Of a stretch of 17,471 nt of DNA, positions 8,457 to 15,769 are shown in pieces (within the stretch, counting starts at the first letter, position 1; every line of letters starts with the position of its first letter). The translations under genes and the position numbers were made by a program. The notes under the pieces were generated by a model, which was given only the letters and a program-made list of their open reading frames with translations, ran no database searches and was not told the DNA's origin. Source of the DNA: Candidatus Hermodarchaeota archaeon (GTDB lineage: Archaea > Asgardarchaeota > Hermodarchaeia > Hermodarchaeales > Hermodarchaeaceae); contig JAEOTB010000021.1 in NCBI GenBank assembly GCA_016840065.1, positions 1-17,471 of the forward strand. Reading direction: 5' to 3'.

Positions 8457-8619
8457 AGAACCTGCAGTCTTTTCTACAACTTAAATTATTGCTGTTCAGG
8501 GCAATGCGGTAAATCTTCCCACTCCTCTAAGAGACGCGATATGAGTACACCGTGAGAAGCCTAGGTTTTACTTGGCATCGACACATAGATTAACATGCGT
8601 TAGTGAAATATCAAGTGCC

Positions 8620-9246
8620 TTGAGTGACTTGGATACTCGAACGCTTCAGCTCATCACGAAGGGGAAATCCCTCTTGTCCGAATACAGGAACTGTGATTGG
8701 GATAACCAACCTAAGCTAGCCAAGACGATCCGTTCGTTTCTTCGGCGGCTCAGAGAAATCAGCCATCACCTCAAATGGGAGGACAAGCTACACGACTGCC
8801 TCACGCTCTATTCGTTGGCACAGGAGCTTATCCAGACGATTAGGGACCAGGGGAGTGAGCTAGATGGAGTTCTCCTCCATGACTTGGGTACGGTCTACAC
8901 CGCCCTAGGACAGTACTCTGAAGTCCTTAGATATCTCCAACAGTCTATTCAGATCCAGGAGGAGGAGGGCACCAGACTGGGCGTGGCTATAGCTCTATCT
9001 AGTTTGGGCAGGTTGTACCAGAAGGTGCAACGCTACGAAGAGGCTTTGGATTGTTTTGAACAAGCGCTCAAACGAGTTCCTGCCCTTGGGGGATGCTGGA
9101 TAGCCAAGGGAGGTGTCTTGGAGGCGATGGGGCGGCGTGAGGAGGCGATTGCTAGTTACCACCGGGCCCTCAGGATACGACGGTGGCACAACGAAGCACG
9201 GGGGGCGCTACAACGACTCGGTATTGATGTGGACAACGAAAGCTAG
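8620..9246 (+). CDS. TPR protein 4 (shared N-terminal module + TPRs)
   Basis: Start TTG-AGT at 8620 chosen by alignment to paralog N-termini (ORF open from 8572). Units DGVLLHDLG and VAIALSSLG, terminal CWIAKG TPR, cap 'ARGALQRLGI'. Confidence 0.88.
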   Translation: MSDLDTRTLQLITKGKSLLSEYRNCDWDNQPKLAKTIRSFLRRLREISHHLKWEDKLHDCLTLYSLAQELIQTIRDQGSELDGVLLHDLGTVYTALGQYSEVLRYLQQSIQIQEEEGTRLGVAIALSSLGRLYQKVQRYEEALDCFEQALKRVPALGGCWIAKGGVLEAMGRREEAIASYHRALRIRRWHNEARGALQRLGIDVDNES

Positions 9247-9274
9247 ATAGGTTGGTTAATGGAATAGAAGAGCT

Positions 9275-9493
9275 ATGTCAAAAATCCCCTCACTTCTATG
9301 TAATCAGATTCTCACTACACTGAAGGAGGCAGGCAAACCATTAAGTGTGAGTCAAATTTCCCGGCTCACGAGTATTTCCGAAAAGGAGGTTACTGTCAGC
9401 ATCCAGCACCTTATGAAACAGGGTAGGATAAGCTCTCCGAAGTCTAGCTACTTCACGGTTACTGATCCTAGTGCAATCGGGCGTCGTGTGTAG
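9275..9493 (+). CDS. Small winged-helix DNA-binding protein
   Basis: ILTTLKEAGKPLSVSQISRLTSISEKEVTVSIQHLMKQGRISSPKSSYF is a three-helix plus wing pattern. Confidence 0.75.
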   Translation: MSKIPSLLCNQILTTLKEAGKPLSVSQISRLTSISEKEVTVSIQHLMKQGRISSPKSSYFTVTDPSAIGRRV

Positions 9494-9500
9494 TACCACA

Positions 9501-9887
9501 TTAGGTGTGTTCACTTCTTGACGCGGCGTCTCTGGCTATCTGTTTTAGGAGTCTAATTACTTCACTTCCCCTCGCTTTGAGCTCAGTTTCGGTGAGGGTG
9601 TCTTTCTCTGGGCAGAGGTCATCCACGGTGATTCCTTCGTCTTCGCTGTAGATGACGGGGTAGATTCGGCAGCCTTGGGGTCTGTGCTGGTAGACGGTGC
9701 ATTTGCATTGTATCACGTCAAAGAAGACGCAGTACCCCTTGTGGTTTCGCAGTTGGGCGAAGCCATTGCTGTCAATGTGTAGGAACTTCTCTTTCTCGTA
9801 GCCTATTGCCTTTAGTCGTTCTATGTCTGAGTTAGAAAGCAGCATCTCGGTTTCTTCGCAGCATAATCCACAGCGGGAGCAACGCAT
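9501..9887 (-). CDS. YkgJ family cysteine-cluster protein (CxxCxxCC)
   Basis: MRCSRCGLCC...CVFF...CTVYQHRPQGCRIYP...C. ORF extends to 9905. Confidence 0.9.
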   Translation of the reverse strand: MRCSRCGLCCEETEMLLSNSDIERLKAIGYEKEKFLHIDSNGFAQLRNHKGYCVFFDVIQCKCTVYQHRPQGCRIYPVIYSEDEGITVDDLCPEKDTLTETELKARGSEVIRLLKQIARDAASRSEHT

Positions 9888-10008
9888 AGGATAGGTTCTC
9901 CTCATACTATCTTTAGTAGTTTCCCTGCTTCCCTACAAGAAGAAAAGTTCTCAGATTCAGCATGGCTACTGGCCCAAACAGGTGAGGGTTCTAATCGGTC
10001 CCTGTTAT

Positions 10009-10056
10009 GAAGGCTTTTATCTTATCTCGTGATAGTAGTATTCGAGTTGGCGTTTC
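10009..10056 (+). promoter_or_regulatory. Putative BRE/TATA promoter and leader of TPR protein 5
   Basis: GAAGGC-TTTTATC with the TATA-like box 42 nt before the TTG. GAGTTGG-N6-TTG is shared with the 11072 gene. Confidence 0.4.
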
Positions 10057-10713
10057 TTGAGTACTGGAAAAGATGACAAGCTGGAACAGTTGCTCATTCA
10101 TGGTAACACCGTATTGAAGATGTTCCTTGAGGGTAACGTAGAAGCCCGGCGTGGGATGCAGCAGTCCTTACTCCAGCTCATCGAGGATATCACTCGAGAG
10201 TCCCAAGCCTACTACAGAAAGGACTGGCTCGCCGAAGCCCATCGCCTTTACGCGTTTATGCAAGAGCTAGGAAAACAGCTCACCCTAACCAACATCGAAG
10301 CCAAAGGCTGGACTGGTATGGGGAAAGTTTTCGCCAAGATGAAACGATACGAAACAGCCATTGACAACCTGTTAATGGCCCTCAGCCTCGTGCAAGAGCT
10401 AGGCGACAGGAACGAGGAACGCAACATCGCCTACATTATAGGCCTCGCTTACGAGGCAAAGGAGAGCTATAATAAGGCAATAGAATACTTCCAGAAATGT
10501 CTGGTGATTGATCGAGAGCTTAACGACCCAGTAGGAGAGGCTGCGATTCTCTGCCGGATCGCCAAGTGCTACCAGCTTATGGGTCAGTACAACGAAGCAC
10601 TAACCAGTCTACAGCAAGCCTTGAAGATAACCCGGGAAACAGGTAGCCGGGAGGGAGAAGGTGCTATAATCACCATGATTAAAGCAGTGAACAAGGAAAT
10701 GGCCCAACGCTAG
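10057..10713 (+). CDS. TPR protein 5 (shared N-terminal module; lacks the 34-aa terminal TPR)
   Basis: 40-aa units EAKGWTGMG, ERNIAYIIG and EAAILCRIA, then a partial EGAIITMIK unit. Confidence 0.9.
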   Translation: MSTGKDDKLEQLLIHGNTVLKMFLEGNVEARRGMQQSLLQLIEDITRESQAYYRKDWLAEAHRLYAFMQELGKQLTLTNIEAKGWTGMGKVFAKMKRYETAIDNLLMALSLVQELGDRNEERNIAYIIGLAYEAKESYNKAIEYFQKCLVIDRELNDPVGEAAILCRIAKCYQLMGQYNEALTSLQQALKITRETGSREGEGAIITMIKAVNKEMAQR

Positions 10714-10751
10714 GAGATTTCTCGAAAGGACCACTTAGTAAAGCCTTATTT

Positions 10752-10898
10752 CTATCTCATCGCCCCAGTCTTCCTACATCTGCAACAGAAGAGGTTTCTT
10801 CGCTTGATTTTAGTTTCTCTGCAGATTGGACATTCTTCGTGCCCACAATAGATGCATTTCCTACTGTAGGGGCTTCTACCAATTTCGGTTCCTATCAC
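10752..10898 (-). CDS. 48-aa Cys-rich putative zinc-finger microprotein (not in the ORF track)
   Basis: MIGTEIGRSPYSRKCIYCGHEECPICRETKIKRRNLFCCRCRKTGAMR*; three CxxC motifs. AAGGAGGTG lies 10 nt upstream of the GTG. Confidence 0.6.
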   Translation of the reverse strand: MIGTEIGRSPYSRKCIYCGHEECPICRETKIKRRNLFCCRCRKTGAMR

Positions 10899-11023
10899 CT
10901 TCGGGTGACACCTCCTTCCTTGTAGGTATCTTAGGGATTGGTTGATGAAAAGGATTTCGTTACACTTCTACAGATACTTGAACCTTGCATCATTGTTTCC
11001 TACTAGGCAGGTTTTTCCTTCGG

Positions 11024-11071
11024 GAAGATTATATAGTCCTCCCTCAACATTACTAATGGAGTTGGAGCCTA
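11024..11071 (+). promoter_or_regulatory. Putative BRE/TATA promoter and leader of TPR protein 6
   Basis: GAAGA-TTATATA with the TATA box 43 nt before the TTG; GAGTTGG-N6-TTG. Confidence 0.45.
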
Positions 11072-12043
11072 TTGAGTTCGGCAGCCGATAGCAAGGTCTC
11101 AGCCCTCGTCAAAAGAGTCAAGGACCTGGTTGCCCAATACCAGAAGAGTTCAGACCCTACTCAACAACAGAAACTGATCGAGAAAATATCCGAGAATGTG
11201 AGGAAACTCATCAAAGAGGCAAAAAGATTCTACGAGGAGGGTCAGTTTCAGGAGTCACTGAACCTTTATGCACCCCTACTTGACCTTGTAAGCAGGCTAG
11301 GCATCCGAAGCCTAGAGGGAACCTTAAACGAGGGGGTCGGAACCCTCTATCTAGCCTGGAGGGATTTCACGAAGGCTCTCAAGTTCCTACAGCAGGCAAG
11401 GGACATAGCCCAGCTTAGCGGTGACATTGACGCTGAAGACTCTGCCCAGTACCGGATAGCAGAAACCTATCGGAGAATGAAGCTCTACAAAGAGGCCCTG
11501 AAGATACTCAAGGCAATTCTCAAGAACAAGCAGAAGAAGGACCGTCATGGGGAGGGGATTGTCCTTAACCAGGTAGGTTTGGTCTATCTTTTCTGGGGAA
11601 AACACAAGGATGCAATGAAGCATTTCCAGAAAGCCCTTGACCTCTTCCAGCTGATAGGTGAACAGCATCAAGAAGCGGTTACTCATGCTTTCATCGGGGA
11701 AACTCTTCGGAAAATGGGGAAATACGTTGAGGCTGTTGATCATCTCTCAAAGGCTATGCCTCTTCTTATCAAGGAGAATGACCGGGAGAACTTGGGTCTG
11801 GTCTACTTCAACTTAGGTTCCTTGTACGTCATCAATAAACGTTACACAGAGGCCCTCGAAGCCTTTGAGCTCTCAAACAAGATTAATCCTAGGGGTGCCC
11901 GGAGTTGGGCTGCACGAGGTTGGCTACTGGAGCAGCTAGGTTTCCCAGACAAGGCTATTGCCTGCTTTAAGCGAGCAATTGCTTTGGATCCAGAAAACAA
12001 GGGTATCCGAGACCAACTGACAAAACATGGAATCTACATCTGA
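11072..12043 (+). CDS. TPR protein 6 (shared N-terminal module + TPRs)
   Basis: Five ~40-aa units, terminal SWAARG TPR, and cap 'DPENKGIRDQLTKHGI'. Confidence 0.9.
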   Translation: MSSAADSKVSALVKRVKDLVAQYQKSSDPTQQQKLIEKISENVRKLIKEAKRFYEEGQFQESLNLYAPLLDLVSRLGIRSLEGTLNEGVGTLYLAWRDFTKALKFLQQARDIAQLSGDIDAEDSAQYRIAETYRRMKLYKEALKILKAILKNKQKKDRHGEGIVLNQVGLVYLFWGKHKDAMKHFQKALDLFQLIGEQHQEAVTHAFIGETLRKMGKYVEAVDHLSKAMPLLIKENDRENLGLVYFNLGSLYVINKRYTEALEAFELSNKINPRGARSWAARGWLLEQLGFPDKAIACFKRAIALDPENKGIRDQLTKHGIYI

Positions 12044-12074
12044 AGATACGAAAGCGGTGTGGCATTCAACTACT

Positions 12075-12737
12075 TCATTTGGTCAGTTTTTGTAATTCTT
12101 TTAGTAGTTCTGGTTTTTCAAGTAGAGCTGCGAAGATGCCCACATATTGGATGATTTTTCTTAGAGAAACTATGGAACCAGTGGAAATCATTTCCAATGT
12201 TTTTCGATCCCCACTCTCAACTAGCCGTTCTAGACCTTCCTCTCTCGCTTGGTCAAAGTGGGTGAGGATTTCTAGGATTGCTTTCTGCGAGGGCGCCTGG
12301 CCATCAAACATATGGCTTAGTAGATTGCCTATTCTCTTGGCGATGGTTTTACCCTTGCGGGTTTCCCAGTATTTCGGTGGGTCCTCGACGAGGAGGAAGA
12401 AGTCGGCGGTTCGGGAGAAGAGCTTCTCGGTGACCGCCTTGCCTATAACGAGGCGCTGCCCTGCTGGGATGATGAGTCCAGCCTTCTCGAGCACCTTCAA
12501 GTAGCGATAGATGGTTTTATCCGACTTTGGGTCGATTCCAGCGTCGTTTTCTGCGGCTTCTCTGTATGCCTTTTCAAGGTCTCGGACAGTCATTGGTCGC
12601 TGGCGTAGGACAATCAGCATGGTCCAGTATTTGGGGTTGAAGATTAACCTTATCGCTGATTTATCCTTGACGATTTGTACTGGGACGGGCTTGAAGGTTA
12701 CGACATCTCGGTAATTTTCTGGGTTGGTTGCTGACAT
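12075..12737 (-). CDS. ArsR-like winged-helix transcriptional regulator with C-terminal helical domain
   Basis: 'NPKYWTMLIVLRQRPMTVRDL...KSDKTIYRYLKVLEKAGLI...EKLFSRTA'. Likely ATG 12737; the ORF extends to 12839. Confidence 0.8.
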   Translation of the reverse strand: MSATNPENYRDVVTFKPVPVQIVKDKSAIRLIFNPKYWTMLIVLRQRPMTVRDLEKAYREAAENDAGIDPKSDKTIYRYLKVLEKAGLIIPAGQRLVIGKAVTEKLFSRTADFFLLVEDPPKYWETRKGKTIAKRIGNLLSHMFDGQAPSQKAILEILTHFDQAREEGLERLVESGDRKTLEMISTGSIVSLRKIIQYVGIFAALLEKPELLKELQKLTK

Positions 12738-12875
12738 GACTTTATCACTGGTTTCTTTTCTTCTGTATCTTATAGTACATGTGGAATGGTACTCTTTTTC
12801 CTTTCCGTTTTGCCATCCTGTATTTCTTGTTGATACCAATACTCTTTTATAGGATATAAAGCTATTGACATTACG

Positions 12876-12914
12876 TGAGAATCACTTTCTCAATATAATG
12901 AGAAACATGTTCTC
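12876..12914. promoter_or_regulatory. Paired palindromic operator GAGAA-N5-TTCTC x2 (23-bp spacing)
   Basis: GAGAATCACTTTCTC (12877-12891) and GAGAAACATGTTCTC (12900-12914). Confidence 0.75.
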
Positions 12915-12958
12915 TGAAACAACACCCAAAAACCAAAAGAATAACTCAGGTGAAAAGA

Positions 12959-13801
12959 ATGATTTGCACCCAGCACCTAAAGACCAAAACAGCCCTCCTA
13001 GCTTTATGCATTCTCGTCCTCTCCTACGGAACTATTCCCCAAACAACAGCAGCTGTTCTCTGGTCTGACAACTTCAATGACAACAACTACAATGGGTGGA
13101 CTGTCAAGACTGGGGCCTTTACCACCGCAGATAGCACTCTTCGGTGTACAAGTATAACCCTTAGCGCAATCCATCACTCTTCAACAGTCGCCACTGGAAC
13201 CTGGAGCATTGACTTCGTATTCAGTGGTGCGATTCATGTGGCTGCAGTCTACTTTGCAGTTGGAGCAATCAACGATATTATGGGTGATCAAGGGTATCAA
13301 GTAACTATTCACAACTACGGTGTAACACTCTACGAGGTTACAGACACAGCGACCCACCTCCTTGACAGCTACACAGCATCGACGACTCTCCAAGGAAGAC
13401 AGAGCATTGATATTACTCGCGACATTGGTGGGCTCTTCAGAGTTTACGTCAACGATTCACTCGTGATGGAGGCAACGAATACAGTACACACCACAATCAA
13501 CTACTTCCTACTCCACATGTATGAGGATGACTCCGTGGACAATATCGTTGTTAGCAACACCGTCGACGTCACTCCCTCCACCACTGACCCTGACACCAAT
13601 ACTCCGACAGACACCCCTCCAGCCATCCCAGGTTTTCCAGCAGCCGCCATCATCATCGGATTGGTTCTGTCTGTTCTCCTAGTCATAGTGATTAGACGAC
13701 GCCAACCAAGCACACAAGCGAAAGCGCCTATCTTGCCAATTGTCTGTAGTGATTCTGTAGCTGCTGATGGGAAACACATTCTCAATACGATGGGAAACTG
13801 A
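12959..13801 (+). CDS. Secreted surface protein A (probable beta-sandwich/ConA-like domain) with IPGFP-TM-RRR sorting tail
   Basis: Signal peptide, WSDNFNDNNYNGWTV..., DNIVVS, Thr/Pro linker, AIPGFPAAAIIIGLVLSVLLVIVIRRR. AGGTGA precedes ATG 12959 (GTG 12950 is an alternative). Confidence 0.8.
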   Translation: MICTQHLKTKTALLALCILVLSYGTIPQTTAAVLWSDNFNDNNYNGWTVKTGAFTTADSTLRCTSITLSAIHHSSTVATGTWSIDFVFSGAIHVAAVYFAVGAINDIMGDQGYQVTIHNYGVTLYEVTDTATHLLDSYTASTTLQGRQSIDITRDIGGLFRVYVNDSLVMEATNTVHTTINYFLLHMYEDDSVDNIVVSNTVDVTPSTTDPDTNTPTDTPPAIPGFPAAAIIIGLVLSVLLVIVIRRRQPSTQAKAPILPIVCSDSVAADGKHILNTMGN

Positions 13802-13806
13802 TTCTC
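13769..13806. promoter_or_regulatory. Second paired operator GGGAA-N5-TTCTC x2 (23-bp spacing)
   Basis: GGGAAACACATTCTC (13769-13783) and GGGAAACTGATTCTC (13792-13806), in the same position relative to the paralog's start. Confidence 0.7.
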
Positions 13807-13853
13807 TGAAACAACATGAATACATCACAACACAACTATCTCAGGTGAAAAGA

Positions 13854-14621
13854 ATGATTTACACCCCGCAAGCAAAGACCAAGACTATCCTTCTTGTACT
13901 GTGTTTACTCGCTCTCACATATGGAGTATCTCCTCAAGTTGGGGCAGTGATGGTCTGGTCTGACAACTTCAACGACACCAATTACAACGGATGGACTGTA
14001 GAGACAGGTGCCTTCAGCGCCGCAGACAATACGCTCCGTTGCACCAGTGAAGCTATGGGCGTAGTCCATCATCCCTCAACTGTTGCATCAGGAACCTGGA
14101 GCTTTGATTTTCTATTTACAGGTTCGCTACATGTCTCCATCATCTATTTTGCCGTTGGAGTGATGAGTGACCTAATGGGCAACCAAGGATACCAGATTAC
14201 AGTCAACAATTACGGATTCACGCTCTATGTAGTAACCGATTCGGCAACCACAACCCTTGACAGCTACACTGCGCCTGGAGGCATTCAAGGAAGACAGCAC
14301 TTCGACTTCACACGTGACGCAGGAGGACTCATCCGAGGATATCTAAACTCCACACTAGTCGTAGAGGCAACGAACACAGAACACACCACCGTGAACTACT
14401 TCCTAGCCCATATGTTCCAAGACGAATCACTTGATAATGTCGTCGTCAGTAACACAATCGACATCACTCCCACCACAACAGACACAGGCACTGGGGCTGG
14501 TACAGAAACACCCCCTGGAATCCCTGGGTTCCCCGCTGCAGCGATCCTTGTTGGCTTGTTCCTGTCAGTTCTTCTAGTCATGGTGATTCGACGTCATCGA
14601 CCAGCTTCTAGCAGGGAATGA
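13854..14621 (+). CDS. Secreted surface protein B, tandem paralog of 12959-13801
   Basis: Collinear with paralog A throughout and has the same CTCAGGTGAAAAGAATGATTT start context. Tail GIPGFPAAAILVGLFLSVLLVMVIRRHR. Confidence 0.82.
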   Translation: MIYTPQAKTKTILLVLCLLALTYGVSPQVGAVMVWSDNFNDTNYNGWTVETGAFSAADNTLRCTSEAMGVVHHPSTVASGTWSFDFLFTGSLHVSIIYFAVGVMSDLMGNQGYQITVNNYGFTLYVVTDSATTTLDSYTAPGGIQGRQHFDFTRDAGGLIRGYLNSTLVVEATNTEHTTVNYFLAHMFQDESLDNVVVSNTIDITPTTTDTGTGAGTETPPGIPGFPAAAILVGLFLSVLLVMVIRRHRPASSRE

Positions 14622-14636
14622 CCCTACCATTCGGAA

Positions 14637-14695
14637 TATCCGTGGTGCTCCTGTTCGAAACGAGTAGGGACATCACGGATACTATGTTCTTTTTC
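14637..14695 (+). terminator. Long hairpin followed by a U-rich tract
   Basis: TATCCGTGGTGCTCCTGTTCG-AAA-CGAGTAGGGACATCACGGATA (21-position stem, 4 G-U pairs, 1 mismatch), then TTCTTTTT. Confidence 0.6.
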
Positions 14696-14809
14696 TCAAC
14701 CACATTCGTTTTCTACACATGCAGAGTTTCATCAACTGAGTAGGCTGGTTTTCTTTTGAAGTGTAAGTTTTTATTTTCAGGGTTCACAATACTAAGTGAA
14801 GGTGGTGTT

Positions 14810-15037
14810 ATGGGCTATCAAAGAGAGACGCTGGGTCTGGGACTTGACCTTGCGTTGAGCAAAAGGCAGAAAACCCTGATTCTTGGTACATTCTTCGTAT
14901 TACTCCTTCTCCTTATCCTCGCGGTTTTCTATGGACCACCTCTGATATGGATGGTCTTTGCCTTCCTGATTATTATCCTATGGGTTTCTGTACTCTGTTA
15001 TGTATCCTCCCGTAGGGGTGACAGGGGAGTATCCTGA
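14810..15037 (+). CDS. Small two-TM membrane protein, unknown function
   Basis: Two hydrophobic helices separated by YGPP, with basic flanks. GGTGGTG precedes the ATG. Confidence 0.65.
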   Translation: MGYQRETLGLGLDLALSKRQKTLILGTFFVLLLLLILAVFYGPPLIWMVFAFLIIILWVSVLCYVSSRRGDRGVS

Positions 15038-15129
15038 CATCGATGGGTTTGACACACTAGGCACTCACTTAGTGCTCTTTTAGAAAGTGTCTTATAATTC
15101 CAGGGAATATTAGAAGGGAGGGAAGCCCA

Positions 15130-15726
15130 TTGAGCTCCTTGAAGGATGAAATAACAGAGTTAACAAATCAGACAAAGAATTTGTTAGAGGGTTACGGGGC
15201 TGGTGATACGCTCCGTGAGGAGGCCTTACGTGCAAGTGTTCCTAAACTCATGGATTTAATTACTCGGTGCTACAAGCAGAGAAAGTTCCACTACTCCCTT
15301 CAGCTGATTGCGGTTTTACAGGTTGTGGGGAGGACTCTTGAGATTGGTCGCATCGAGGCCCATGCCTATACTCTTCGGGGAATCATTCAACATCTCTTGG
15401 GGTTATTCTATGAGGCCTTGGCAAGTTATAGGAGGGCTGTAACCATATACAACAAGGAGAACTATGACCCGGGGAAATGCACGGTACTTCAGAGGATGGG
15501 GGAAACCTTCCTTGCACTCCTCCGCTACCAAGAGGCTCTGATTAGTTTTGAAAGAGTTCTCCAAATCAGCCCCGACAATATAGTATGCTTATTGGGTAAG
15601 GCAAACGCTCTGGATCTCATGGGGCGAGAAGCCGAGGCGATTGAAAGTTTTCGTAGAGTCCTTGTTATAGATCCTGAAAATAAGTCCGCTAGACAAGGGC
15701 TGGCAGGTCTTGGAGTGGAAGTATGA
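15130..15726 (+). CDS. TPR protein 7 (shared N-terminal module + TPRs)
   Basis: Units EAHAYTLRG and KCTVLQRMG, terminal CLLGKA TPR, cap 'DPENKSARQGLAGLGV'. TTATAA at 15092. Confidence 0.9.
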   Translation: MSSLKDEITELTNQTKNLLEGYGAGDTLREEALRASVPKLMDLITRCYKQRKFHYSLQLIAVLQVVGRTLEIGRIEAHAYTLRGIIQHLLGLFYEALASYRRAVTIYNKENYDPGKCTVLQRMGETFLALLRYQEALISFERVLQISPDNIVCLLGKANALDLMGREAEAIESFRRVLVIDPENKSARQGLAGLGVEV

Positions 15727-15769
15727 AAGCAACATCAGTCCAGATCTTGTACTCGGAAGGGTAGTTCCT

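Noticed and set aside
13767-13853. N-terminal extension of surface protein B predicted by the ORF track
   Set aside because: This stretch is the duplicated operator/promoter; paralog alignment and the RBS place the start at 13854.
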